Below, in pieces: positions 8,075-17,443 of a stretch of 35,602 nucleotides of DNA. The stretch spans positions 1 to 35,602 of the forward strand of contig JAMCWS010000160.1 of assembly GCA_023480605.1 (NCBI GenBank), read 5' to 3'. The position numbers and the translations under genes are program-made. A model generated the notes under the pieces. That model was not told where the DNA came from, made no database searches, and saw only the letters and a program-made list of their open reading frames with translations. Origin of the DNA: a bacterium. GTDB lineage: Bacteria; Sumerlaeota; Sumerlaeia; MVZB01. Within the stretch, counting starts at the first letter, position 1, and every line of letters begins with the position of its first letter.

Positions 8075-11000
8075 TCAGTCCTCCGGTCCGGCCATGATCT
8101 CGTTGATTCGCTTCTCGATATCGACCGCTTTTTGGGGTTGAACTTTCTTATAGTACTTGACGGCCTCCAATATATAATAGCGCGCGCGGTGCGGCGACTT
8201 CAGGATCTCGTCCATGAGCGGTTCGATCTTTCCGGACTGGCCGGATTCCTCGTATAGACGCATCAAATGGATGCGCAATTCGATGTAACGGATCCGTGGA
8301 TCCTCCAAGAGCTTGGCCTCGAGCATATCGATGGCGCGGTCGCGTTGATTCTGCTTCTCGAAACACAAGCAGATCCGGTCGAGGGTGTCGGGGTTAAAGC
8401 CATACCGATCCAGTTCGCGCACGTATTCGTTGAGCGCCTTGGCGTATTCACCCTTGGCGAAGGCCAGCCGCCCCATCACTATAATCACGTCTCCCTTCCA
8501 GGAATCGGCCTGCGCGGCCTTGCGCACGAAAGGCTCGGCCAGGTCGGGCCGGTCGAGGTTCAGATAGGCGTTCGCCATGCGAGTATAATTGTTCGCCCGC
8601 TTCAGGGGATCGTCGCTGTTCGGAACGTTGATGTTTTGGAGAATCTCCAGTGCCTTGGTCGTGTTGCCGTCGGCCTTTTCGATGTCCGCCATCCAGAATG
8701 ACGGACCCATGGGATCGTCCGTGGCCCATTGCAGGAAATAGTCCGCCGCCTTGCGGGCCGCCGCATAATCCTTGGCCCAATAAATGAGATACTCAAGATT
8801 GGCGCGGTGGAAACTGTGGTTGCCGGAGAGGAGCGGCACCGGCCGGGCGAAGGTCGATCGCACCTCGGGATCCATCCAGCGGCCCATCTCGCACAGGGAC
8901 CAGGCGCGCTCGTTGGCGATATCGTAGCGGTCGGGATAGTCTTTCAGAAACTCGGCCAGATACTTCGCGGCTTTGGCGTGCAGCGCTTGATCGCGGTAGA
9001 AGCGCCCCAATTTTAGATTGCGTGAAACCACGAAGGGAACGGCGCGGGCGTAAGCCTTTACGAAGGCCAGGCCCTGAGTTTGCGATTCGGCCTCGCACAG
9101 GCGATTTCCCAACTCAAATAGCGCCGCTGGATCGAGCGGATAATGCACGCACTGGTCCATCATGCAACGCTCCGCCGCCTCGTCGGCGCCCGGCTCGTTC
9201 GGCTGGGATTGATACAACCCCATGAAATTGTCTTGCCCGGCGGCGTTGGACGGCCGCGCGCCGAGGTAACTCATCGCGATCTCCCGGAATGCTTCATAAA
9301 CGCCCAAGTAATTGGCGTTTTGTTTGGCAATCAGGTAGGGGCCCAGAACGTCGCGCCAACCGAAATACTGAGCGCGCCGCGCCGGACTGAATTCAAAATC
9401 GGCGTATTCCGTGAGCCGGGCGCGGGCGTAGGGATCCTGCATCACTTTGGGCAGCACGGTCTCCATCGCCGTCAGGATCTCGTAGACGGGGTGGCCATCC
9501 CCATCCGGTATCCCCCATAGGGTGAATACTTGAATGAACAATTGGCGAAGTCCGTAGTAGTCCTCGGCCTTGATCATCGACTCGATGCGCTCGCGATTCA
9601 GCTTCGGCCCCTTTGAGAATGGACCGACCCCGGCATCCGTATCGCCGGCGATCATCCGATAGATATCATCCACCAGACCGACCAGGCTGTCGGCTTCGGC
9701 TCCAGGGCCCAGGGCGGTCAGCGTCGCGGCCATTTCCGCCGCCATCGTCCCGATGGTCGCATATGCGGCCGCATATTCGACCGACGGCAACAGATCCATC
9801 CGCTGGCCGCGGTAATCATCCCGGTATTTTCGGATGAAGCCGTTGATAAGCGCCTGCAGGTAGAGGTCGTGGCTTTTCCAGTGCTGGAGACATTGGTGGT
9901 AGAAGGTTCGATCGCCGCCGTCACGGATAAACCATGAGGCCGCGAACTCGGTCCAGAGGTTCTGCCAGTCGGGCAGTTTGGCCATCTCTTCCGCGCTGAG
10001 TTTGGGGTAATGGTTCCAGATGATGATGTTCCGATAATTGAACAATTCGCGCGTGATGTTTTCATTGCGGGCATCCGCCAGGGAAGGCTCCAGGCACAGG
10101 CGATAACTGTAACCCAGGTCCACGCATGACTTGGCCCAGTTGAGCCGGCTCATCAGCGGAGCGGGATTCATGGCCAGCGCGATCTGGGCGAGCGCAAAAA
10201 CGCGCGAGGCCATTTCGACCTGGTATACGTTGTTATCGGCATAGATCATGGTTGACCACTCCAGCGCGTTGAGCCCGTAAGCCGCGGCCTGTAGCGGCAG
10301 CGTCTCGCGCGGAAACAATAGGGCCAGCGCCAGCGCGCGGTCGATACCGTCCATCACCGCCCAACTGTCGCCGGCGTCGAGCAATCGCGCCACCTGGCCG
10401 AGTTCCTGGTCCAGATCCAGGCCGCCGGTCTTCGGTTCCGGGCGGGCGTGGACCAGTCCCAAATCGATGAGGCGATCGGCCATGGCGCGGGCCATGGCGC
10501 GCTGGGCGACGGCGAGCTGAACATAATCGCCGCGCTCCGGACTGGTGGAGGCGGCCAGTTCCCGAATTGCCGCCGGAGCCTGGCGGTCGATCAACACCAT
10601 CCGGAACGCATGTTTTTTCCCCCGGGCGTCATAGTCGTAAACACCGGTTATGATATAACGCGCGTTGGCCGTCGCCCGGTCGCCCTGTGCCTGGCGCATC
10701 CACTCCTCCAGCGTCAGTTGGCGGCCGGGATCGGTCCCGTCATATCTCGGCAAACCGTAGTTTTGCGGCTCATCGGGTTCCGCAATCCGGGCGTCGGTCC
10801 ATTGAGCCAGGGCCGCCGCGCCCACCAGGCGCCAGCCATAGGTGCATTCGAGGCCGACCCCATCCGGCGTGCGGTCGAGGAAGGGATAAACATAAATGGC
10901 GGGGGCTGTCTCGGCCGGTTGCGTTTGTTTCAGGTAAGGTAGATAGCGTTCCCGCCATCGCGTTCGAGCCACCAGGCTGGACGGATCGTCGGATGGAGCG

Positions 11001-11194
11001 GCCTTGACCGGCGGGATCGGATTGAATGATCCATCCATGAGGCGCGGCGCGCGGCTGAGTTCCGCCGGCTGCTCGACGCGTTTGGGCTCCTCGGGCGTGC
11101 GCCGAGGGATCAGGTGGGGCATGACTTTGACTTTCACCACCGTCGCCAGGACCGCAAGCAGGATGCACAGAATAACGACACGAATAATACGCAT
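8075..11194 (-). CDS. Large N-terminally anchored tetratricopeptide-repeat protein, function unknown
   Basis: 1039-aa ORF, GAGGAGG SD, hydrophobic N-terminus, TPR-like helices in the C-terminal third (MGRLAFAKGEYAKALNEY, MANAYLNLDRPDLAEPFVRKA). Confidence 0.8.
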   Translation of the reverse strand: MRIIRVVILCILLAVLATVVKVKVMPHLIPRRTPEEPKRVEQPAELSRAPRLMDGSFNPIPPVKAAPSDDPSSLVARTRWRERYLPYLKQTQPAETAPAIYVYPFLDRTPDGVGLECTYGWRLVGAAALAQWTDARIAEPDEPQNYGLPRYDGTDPGRQLTLEEWMRQAQGDRATANARYIITGVYDYDARGKKHAFRMVLIDRQAPAAIRELAASTSPERGDYVQLAVAQRAMARAMADRLIDLGLVHARPEPKTGGLDLDQELGQVARLLDAGDSWAVMDGIDRALALALLFPRETLPLQAAAYGLNALEWSTMIYADNNVYQVEMASRVFALAQIALAMNPAPLMSRLNWAKSCVDLGYSYRLCLEPSLADARNENITRELFNYRNIIIWNHYPKLSAEEMAKLPDWQNLWTEFAASWFIRDGGDRTFYHQCLQHWKSHDLYLQALINGFIRKYRDDYRGQRMDLLPSVEYAAAYATIGTMAAEMAATLTALGPGAEADSLVGLVDDIYRMIAGDTDAGVGPFSKGPKLNRERIESMIKAEDYYGLRQLFIQVFTLWGIPDGDGHPVYEILTAMETVLPKVMQDPYARARLTEYADFEFSPARRAQYFGWRDVLGPYLIAKQNANYLGVYEAFREIAMSYLGARPSNAAGQDNFMGLYQSQPNEPGADEAAERCMMDQCVHYPLDPAALFELGNRLCEAESQTQGLAFVKAYARAVPFVVSRNLKLGRFYRDQALHAKAAKYLAEFLKDYPDRYDIANERAWSLCEMGRWMDPEVRSTFARPVPLLSGNHSFHRANLEYLIYWAKDYAAARKAADYFLQWATDDPMGPSFWMADIEKADGNTTKALEILQNINVPNSDDPLKRANNYTRMANAYLNLDRPDLAEPFVRKAAQADSWKGDVIIVMGRLAFAKGEYAKALNEYVRELDRYGFNPDTLDRICLCFEKQNQRDRAIDMLEAKLLEDPRIRYIELRIHLMRLYEESGQSGKIEPLMDEILKSPHRARYYILEAVKYYKKVQPQKAVDIEKRINEIMAGPED

Positions 11195-11290
11195 GGTTTC
11201 CCCTCCTCAAGGAATAGCGTCGCGTGAATCCGTCCACTCAAACAACCGAGGTGAAAAACCGATGATGTCAGACAATCCGGTGTCGCCCTT

Positions 11291-11319
11291 TTCATAAGGC
11301 AATCCAGTCCAAATGTCAA
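11291..11319 (-). promoter_or_regulatory. Putative sigma70 promoter of the TPR gene
   Basis: TTGACA (11319-11314), 17 nt, TATGAA (11296-11291). Confidence 0.5.
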
Positions 11320-11651
11320 CTATCCAAATAGTTTGAAAATCCTATCACGCTTTTTTTCCATTGGCCGCACGAAGGTTTGTAAAGACGTCTTACTCCTCGT
11401 TTCACCCGGAGTTGATGACTCCTATTCCTGAATTGGCGTGGGGTTGAGACCGGCCGGTTGCGTCTTTGGGGTGTTGATGAAGATACCGGCCAGGGGCGGC
11501 AAGGAGGATAAGGCATGCTCACCCATACCCAGTCAAAGACTGCCGAGTCGGCAAGCGCGAAGATGGCGGGCCGGCGGAATTCAAAAACGAACCCAAGGCG
11601 GGGAGAGGGACAACCTTCGGTGAGTCGTCATGGAATGCCGGGGGATGCGGG

Positions 11652-12791
11652 TTAATGGGAAATGCCGCGTTCCTGAAGCTCGCGCGCCGGGTGTTTTCTT
11701 CGTCCGCTTATTCGCGCCCGTCCGATCGCGTCCGCCGCGAGCATGGCGTTGAGAACGTTCTGTGGAGTGATTACGCCGGCTTCGTGATGGACGGACTGGC
11801 CGGGAACGCAGGTTTTCTCAGCCGCCAACATCAGTTTTTTGCGGCTGGCCTTTCCTAGGCCAATGTCCGCGAGCGTGGTCGGCAAGCCGACATCCTCACA
11901 GAATGAGAAAACAGTTTCGGATTCCTCCGCGGACGCATCGGCCAACTGGAGTCCGGCCAGGACGCCAAAGGCGACTTTTTCGCCGTGGTGGAACGCATGG
12001 GTCTCAGACAACGCGGTAAGGCCATTATGAATGGCGTGGGCGGCGGCCAATCCGGCGCTCTCAAACCCGATTCCACTCAACAGGATATTCGCTTCGACAA
12101 TGTGATCCAGAGCCGGCGTGACGATATGTTGCTCATTCGCGACTTTGCCGGCCACACCGTAGGCCAGAAGTGTTTCATAACAGAACTTGGCGATATGCAG
12201 TCCCACCGTCGTGCTATATCCGCCGCATTCGTTCGCCGACCGGGTACGGTCGCAAGACCTGGCTTCGAACCAGGTGGAGAGCGCGTCGCCCATGCCCGCC
12301 ACCAAAAAACGTGTCGGCGCCGCGGCGATGATCTCCAAGTCCACCAACACAGCCGCCGGATTTGTTTTCTGGTAGTAAACCGCCTCAAAAATTCCGTCTT
12401 GGGAGTAGCATACCGCGCACCCGCTGCACGGCGCGTCGGTCGAAGCGATTGTCGGGATAACGATCACGGGTATATTCGCCCGATCGGCGGCGATTTTGGC
12501 GGTGTCAATCGTCTTGCCTCCACCCATGCCGACGAGAACATCCACATGTTTCCGCACAACGATGGCGGACATCCGGGCCAATTCATTTTCGCAACACTCG
12601 CCGCGAAATATTTCGACCGGGATGGCCTTCGCACTCAAATCGATGCCGCAATGAGGGAGTACTTTGTTATGCACCGAGGGTGAAGTCAACAACAGCCCTT
12701 GTTTCCCCAGTAATTTAATCAGTGCGGGCAATTCGCCGATCGCACCGACGCCTTGGATATATTTTCCCGGAAAGACGGCCTTTCTGTACAT
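11652..12791 (-). CDS. gldA: Glycerol dehydrogenase (iron-containing ADH family)
   Basis: GGGKTIDTAK, PTIASTDAPCS, AGMGDALSTWFEA, GFESAGLAAAHAIHNG, HGEKVAFG. Confidence 0.93.
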   Translation of the reverse strand: MYRKAVFPGKYIQGVGAIGELPALIKLLGKQGLLLTSPSVHNKVLPHCGIDLSAKAIPVEIFRGECCENELARMSAIVVRKHVDVLVGMGGGKTIDTAKIAADRANIPVIVIPTIASTDAPCSGCAVCYSQDGIFEAVYYQKTNPAAVLVDLEIIAAAPTRFLVAGMGDALSTWFEARSCDRTRSANECGGYSTTVGLHIAKFCYETLLAYGVAGKVANEQHIVTPALDHIVEANILLSGIGFESAGLAAAHAIHNGLTALSETHAFHHGEKVAFGVLAGLQLADASAEESETVFSFCEDVGLPTTLADIGLGKASRKKLMLAAEKTCVPGQSVHHEAGVITPQNVLNAMLAADAIGRARISGRRKHPARELQERGISH

Positions 12792-12932
12792 GGGGATCCC
12801 CCCTCTTCTCGCTGCATAGTATGAACGACCGGCTTCAGGGGCGCCGCGCCCGAATTCGGAGGCGATCCGTCGCGTCGGTTCGCCGATGCGTACCGGTCCG
12901 AATCGTCCACCATTTCGAAAACCTTCGTCGGC

Positions 12933-13821
12933 TCACCGATACCGGACTCACTGGGCAATTCCAGCCTTGGGATCAAGGAACCGAACCTTGGCCGTGATCG
13001 CGGGTCCGTCCAAACCGCCTGAACTGGGAGTCACGGTCACCGTCCATGTCTCTCCCTCCCGCACCAGGTTCATTTGAAGGCGCGGTTCGTGACGGTCGGG
13101 GAACAGCCCTCAGTATAAATCGCGCTGCCGTGTATCTCCGAATTGCCGTTGAAGGTGCATTTCGTCACGATCGGCGAACTGCCGGACCCGTTATACATTG
13201 CCGCGCCTTCGTGATTCGCGGAATTATCACTGAATGTGCAATTGGTGATGGTTGGCGCGCTGCCATTATAGTTATACTTTGCACCACCATTGCCGGCCAT
13301 GTTGCCGCCAAACGCGCAGTTGGCCACGGCCGGCGAACAATTGTTATTAAACATCCCCCCACCGCTGCTGGCGTTCACCCCCGTGACCGTGAACCCGTCC
13401 AGTACGGCAAGGCGTGCGCCGACCACGACGCGGTAAGTGTTGTCCGCGGCATTGCCGGGGGCTCCGATATCGCCGCTGAGGATCGTGCATGAGTTTTCCA
13501 GTCACGCTGGTCGCGCTCGGTTTCGCTCCCCGCGAAACCACCATGAATCGCGACGCTAATCGCCATCATAAAAGACTGGTTCCGGTCGGTGCCGCTAGTC
13601 GGCTTGTAAGTGCCCGCCGCGACCCAGATTTCGCCGCCGGATTGGGCCGCCGCCAACGCGGCGGTCAGGGAGGCGAAGGCATTGGCCCACGAAGATCCGT
13701 CGTTGGCTCCCGTAGCGTCCGCTTTAACGCGAATGACGCTCGCCGACGCGCCGCCAAAGTTACCGAGCAGCAAAAAAATCACGCAAAGCTCTGACAGCAA
13801 GTACCTCAAAAACCGCATCAT
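12933..13821 (-). pseudogene. Decayed secreted right-handed beta-helix (Pmp-like repeat) protein
   Basis: Signal peptide, then GANDGSSWANAF..EIWVAAGTYKP..GGFAGSETERDQRDW. Frameshift near 13487 into TILSGDIG..VLDGFTVTG..GGGMFN/NCTFSDN repeats. Second break near 13073 into a C-terminal fragment with an in-frame TGA at 12950-12948. Confidence 0.85.
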
Positions 13822-13885
13822 CGCGACTCCGGCTTCAACTGGTTTCATTGACAAACCCAACATTCGTTCCAATAGTAATCCGGTC

Positions 13886-13914
13886 ATCATAAGTAAGTAT
13901 GGGGTTTTGGTCAA
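13886..13914 (-). promoter_or_regulatory. Putative sigma70 promoter of the beta-helix pseudogene
   Basis: TTGACC (13914-13909), 17 nt, TATGAT (13891-13886). Confidence 0.6.
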
Positions 13915-14129
13915 GGGCGCCTTCGGTCGTCCAAGCTTAAAAAGCGATTGGCTTGAGAGTTTGGCGACGGGCCTGCCTTCTGAGACCCCAGCGACATTTT
14001 TTAGTTCACGAACACTGGCGTCTATGCTTACATCGCTGACGGTGTCAGCGGAGCGTTCACCGCCATGGGCGACGGCACAAGCAACTACGGCGGGTCTTTC
14101 ACGGCGGTAGGCGATAACGGCCACATGCG

Positions 14130-14198
14130 CCACGACCAGAGGGGAAGGGCATTTTTCGGTACCGTATCATGAATGTCCCTGAATTTGCGGCGTCAGTC
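14130..14198 (+). mobile_element. Highly degenerate attC-like site (attC0)
   Basis: CCACGAC...AGGGCATTTT-CGGTACCG-...GAATGTCCCTGA...CGTCAGTC; imperfect arms, both core triplets mutated. Confidence 0.3.
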
Positions 14199-14223
14199 AG
14201 TAAAGAAGAGAAGGCGGAAGCCC

Positions 14224-14736
14224 ATGGATACGAAGATCGTCATCAGAAACGAAACCGATGCCGATGTGAGTGCAATCACCGAAGTGACTGTCGCCGCATT
14301 CAATACCCTGGAGATTAGCAATCATACTGAGCAATTCGTCATAACGGCATTACGCGCCGCCAAGGCCCTCACGATATCGCTTGTCGCTGAAATGGATGGC
14401 CGTGTGGTTGGTCATATTGCCTTTTCTCCCCTGACCATTTCGGACGGCACTCGTCATTGGTACGGCCTGGGACCCGTTTCGGTGTTGCCCGAATACCAAC
14501 GGCAGGGTATCGGCCAAGCGTTGATATGGGAAGGGCTGTCACGGTTGAAAGGTATGAATGCTCAAGGGTGTTGCCTCGTTGGCCATCCGGTATATTACAG
14601 GAAATTCGGATTTATCAATATGCCGGGACTTGTCCATGAGGGAGTGCCACGGGAAGTTTTCTTCGCGCTGTCTTTCGACGGACATGCTCCGCGGGGCACG
14701 GTCATTTTTCACGACGCATTCAAGGCGACCAGCTAA
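14224..14736 (+). CDS. GNAT N-acetyltransferase (YhbS-like), cassette gene 1
   Basis: IRNE, SLVAE..VVGHIAFSP, LGPVSVLPEYQRQGIGQALI, LVGHPVYYRKFGF; its TAA stop lies within the attC inverse core. Confidence 0.93.
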   Translation: MDTKIVIRNETDADVSAITEVTVAAFNTLEISNHTEQFVITALRAAKALTISLVAEMDGRVVGHIAFSPLTISDGTRHWYGLGPVSVLPEYQRQGIGQALIWEGLSRLKGMNAQGCCLVGHPVYYRKFGFINMPGLVHEGVPREVFFALSFDGHAPRGTVIFHDAFKATS

Positions 14737-14787
14737 CAAGAGAGTCAAGGCGGCGCTTTACGGCGCGCCCGATCCTCGACGTTCGGC
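14731..14787 (+). mobile_element. attC-like integron cassette recombination site (57 bp)
   Basis: AGCTAAC (14731-14737, contains the stop) ... imperfect inverted arms around TTTAC ... GTTCGGC (14781-14787); next ATG at 14802. Confidence 0.7.
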
Positions 14788-14801
14788 TTCGGAATGAAGT
14801 C

Positions 14802-15728
14802 ATGTTGAACAAAGAGACAATGGTTGTGGTCGAAGCACTCCTTCCATTGCTGCGGCGGTTCGTCAGCGGCCCATATGGCATTGCCGTCGGCGGAGCCCAT
14901 GCGAAGAGCATGGCCGACCCGGAATCGGATCTGGACGTGTATGTTTTCGCGGGGGCTGCGCTATCCAATTCCGAACGGACACGATTGACTGTCCAGTTGG
15001 CGCCTGACACCAAGGATGTTGTCTCTTGGGGAAGCACGACCCCATTCGAACAAGCCGGCACGGATTTTTACCTCGGGAATCTCAAGATCGAGTGCTGGCT
15101 CAGGAATACGGCGGCTATTGAACGCATGATTGATGAGTGTGTTGAGGGAGTCGTCAGGCGGGACTTCGTGACGTGGACGACGACCGGATTTTACAACCAC
15201 TGTTGCCTTTCCGATATGAACAAAATGATTCCCGTTGACGACTCGTCGGGCATATTGGCGCGATGGAAGAGACGCATTGGCCGGTATCCGCCCCGATTGC
15301 GGGATTCAATCATCAGACAGCACCTTGGGGCCGCTCGTTTTTGGCCCAACAACTTCCACTACCGCAGCGCCATCGAACGACAGGATGTGATTTATACCGC
15401 CGGGATCGTCCAACAGGTTGTGCACAATCTAATCCAAACGCTCTTCGCGGCCAACGAAGTCTATTTCGCCGGCGATAAAAAGCTCTCCACAGCTATCGCT
15501 CGCCTGAATGATGTGCCGGCGCACTTTTCGGAACGTGTGCAAAGATTGCTTTTTCCGAGCGTCCCGGTCAGTGTGGATGCACTTCGAAGCCAACAAGAGG
15601 AGCTTCAGCAGATGGTGAAGGCGGTGGAGGATATCGTCAGCAAGAAGCGGAATCAGGCGGATAACGGTGATCTCCAGACGCGCGAAACCCGCGCCGGCGA
15701 CACCGGATGTTCACAGGAGGACCGATGA
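14802..15728 (+). CDS. Nucleotidyltransferase-domain / DUF4037-like protein, cassette gene 2
   Basis: Pol-beta-type motif GGAHAKSMADPESDLDVYV; YPPRLR and LFAANEVYFAGDKK C-terminal region; ORF reads through the following attC-like site. Confidence 0.8.
   Translation: MLNKETMVVVEALLPLLRRFVSGPYGIAVGGAHAKSMADPESDLDVYVFAGAALSNSERTRLTVQLAPDTKDVVSWGSTTPFEQAGTDFYLGNLKIECWLRNTAAIERMIDECVEGVVRRDFVTWTTTGFYNHCCLSDMNKMIPVDDSSGILARWKRRIGRYPPRLRDSIIRQHLGAARFWPNNFHYRSAIERQDVIYTAGIVQQVVHNLIQTLFAANEVYFAGDKKLSTAIARLNDVPAHFSERVQRLLFPSVPVSVDALRSQQEELQQMVKAVEDIVSKKRNQADNGDLQTRETRAGDTGCSQEDR
15659..15715 (+). mobile_element. Degenerate attC-like site (57 bp; left edge may be 15647)
   Basis: GGATAAC-GGTG...GCGCG-AAACC-CGCGC...CACC-GGAT-GTTCACA; followed directly by the SD and ATG of the next gene. 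Confidence 0.5.
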
Positions 15729-17404
15729 AAAAGACGCTTGTTCTACTCATGCTCTCCGTCATCGGGATGGCGGCGTGTGCACGCGGGGAATCCAGGGAAC
15801 CGCTCGGTTACCGCCGCATTTCGGTGGCCGAGTACCGAGACAAGATGAAGGGCGGCTGGATCGGCCAGATCGCCGGCGTCTGCTGGGGCGCACCCACCGA
15901 GTTCAAGTACCGCGACACGATCATGCCCGAGAACGCCCTGCCGGCGTGGCAACCCCGCATGATCAACAACGCCTTCGGCCAGGACGACCTTTACGTCGAG
16001 ATGACCTTCCTGCGCACGATGGAGCAATACGGCCTCGATTGCCCGATCCGCCAGGCCGGGATCGACTTCGCCAACAGCGGCTACCCCCTCTGGTGCGCCA
16101 ACGACGCCGGCCGCCGGAACCTTCGCCGGGGCATCGCCCCGCCCGACTCCAGCCACCCGAAGTTTACCCCGCGCGCCAACGACATCGACTACCAGATCGA
16201 GGCCGACTACTCCGGCCTCATCGCCCCCGGGATGCCCAACGTCGCCGTGGCCCTCGGCGAGAAGTTCGGCCGCCTCATGAACTACGGCGACGGCATGTAC
16301 GCCGGCCAGTTCATGGGCGCGATGTATACTGAGGCCTTCTTCGAGACGGACATCGTCAAGGTCGTCGAGGCCGGCCTGCGGGCCATTCCCGCCGAGAGCC
16401 AGTATGCCGAAATGGTCCGCGACATGCTGACGTGGTCGCGGGAGATCCCGACCTGGGAGGCCTGCTGGCAGCGCTGCCAGGAGAAATACCGAAAGAATCC
16501 CCAATATCAGAAGGCCTCGAACGGCGGGATCGACTGTAAAATCAACGGCGCCTATGTTCTCATGGGCCTCCTCTACGGCAAGGGCGACCTCGACCGGACG
16601 ATCGCCATCGCTTGCCGCTGCGGGCAGGACTCCGACTGCAACCCCTCGAGCGCCGCCGGCGTGCTGTTCACCACGCTCGGCTTCTCGAAGCTCCCCGACC
16701 GCTTCTCGAAAGAACTCGACGAGAAACGCGTCTTCAGCCACACCGCCTATAACGTCCCCGCCCTGCTCGACGTCTGCGAGAAGCTGGCCCGCCAGGCGAT
16801 CGCCAGGGAGGGCGGCCGCATCGAGAAGGATGCCGCCGGCGAGGAGGTTTTCATCATCCCGGTGAGATCCGTGAGGCCGAGCCCGCTGACGCTTAGTTGG
16901 GCCCCCGGTCCGATCGCGGAGAGCCGGTTCACCGAAGCCGAAATGGCCCGGATTACCGCCTCTGTCTCCCCCGAGGGCATCAGGAAGGCCGTCGAGAAGT
17001 TCGCCCCCGGCTGGACGATCTCCCACTGCGGCGCCGACATGGATCCCGGTCTACACGCCCAGGCGCTCGGCCGCCGGAACGTCCTCCTCACCCACCCCCT
17101 CGACCAAGAGACGCCCTGCGTCCTCAGCCGCAAGGTGGACGTCCCTCCCGGCAAGAAGACGGCGCTCCGGCTGACCGTCGGCCACCACCCCAAAGGCGAT
17201 TGGAACCTTGTCGTCCGCGCCGACATGCGGGAACTCCTGCGCCGGACGGTTGGGCAGTCCACCGCGCCCGATGGCTGGATGGACGTCGCCGTCGACCTCA
17301 CGGAATACGCCGGCAAGACCGTGCTGATCGAACTTTACAACCAGCCGACCGGCTGGTCATGGGAGGGGGGCTACTGGGCAAAGATCGCAATCGAGGCGGA
17401 GTGA
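15725..17404 (+). CDS. Secreted ADP-ribosylglycohydrolase-family protein with C-terminal beta-sandwich domain, cassette gene 3
   Basis: AGGAGG SD, signal/lipoprotein-like N-terminus (IGMAAC), DKMKGGWIGQIAGVCWGAPTEF, QDDLYVE, GQDSDCNPSSAAGV. Confidence 0.85.
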   Translation: MKKTLVLLMLSVIGMAACARGESREPLGYRRISVAEYRDKMKGGWIGQIAGVCWGAPTEFKYRDTIMPENALPAWQPRMINNAFGQDDLYVEMTFLRTMEQYGLDCPIRQAGIDFANSGYPLWCANDAGRRNLRRGIAPPDSSHPKFTPRANDIDYQIEADYSGLIAPGMPNVAVALGEKFGRLMNYGDGMYAGQFMGAMYTEAFFETDIVKVVEAGLRAIPAESQYAEMVRDMLTWSREIPTWEACWQRCQEKYRKNPQYQKASNGGIDCKINGAYVLMGLLYGKGDLDRTIAIACRCGQDSDCNPSSAAGVLFTTLGFSKLPDRFSKELDEKRVFSHTAYNVPALLDVCEKLARQAIAREGGRIEKDAAGEEVFIIPVRSVRPSPLTLSWAPGPIAESRFTEAEMARITASVSPEGIRKAVEKFAPGWTISHCGADMDPGLHAQALGRRNVLLTHPLDQETPCVLSRKVDVPPGKKTALRLTVGHHPKGDWNLVVRADMRELLRRTVGQSTAPDGWMDVAVDLTEYAGKTVLIELYNQPTGWSWEGGYWAKIAIEAE

Positions 17405-17443
17405 CAAACGGCCTGCCGGCCTTCGTTTGGTCACCATAAACAT

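Noticed and set aside
12948-12950. TGA recoding (Trp or Sec)
   Set aside because: TGA is a normal stop in jag, rpmH, yajC and others; the gene has other lesions, so a nonsense mutation is simpler
13848-13876. Plus-strand TTGACA as a Pc-like cassette promoter
   Set aside because: The -10 at 17 nt (AATAGT) is weak; not supportable without TSS data
13375-14133. 252-aa ORF as one intact gene
   Set aside because: The first ~100 codons cross a promoter region; real coding starts at 13821 and shifts frame near 13487
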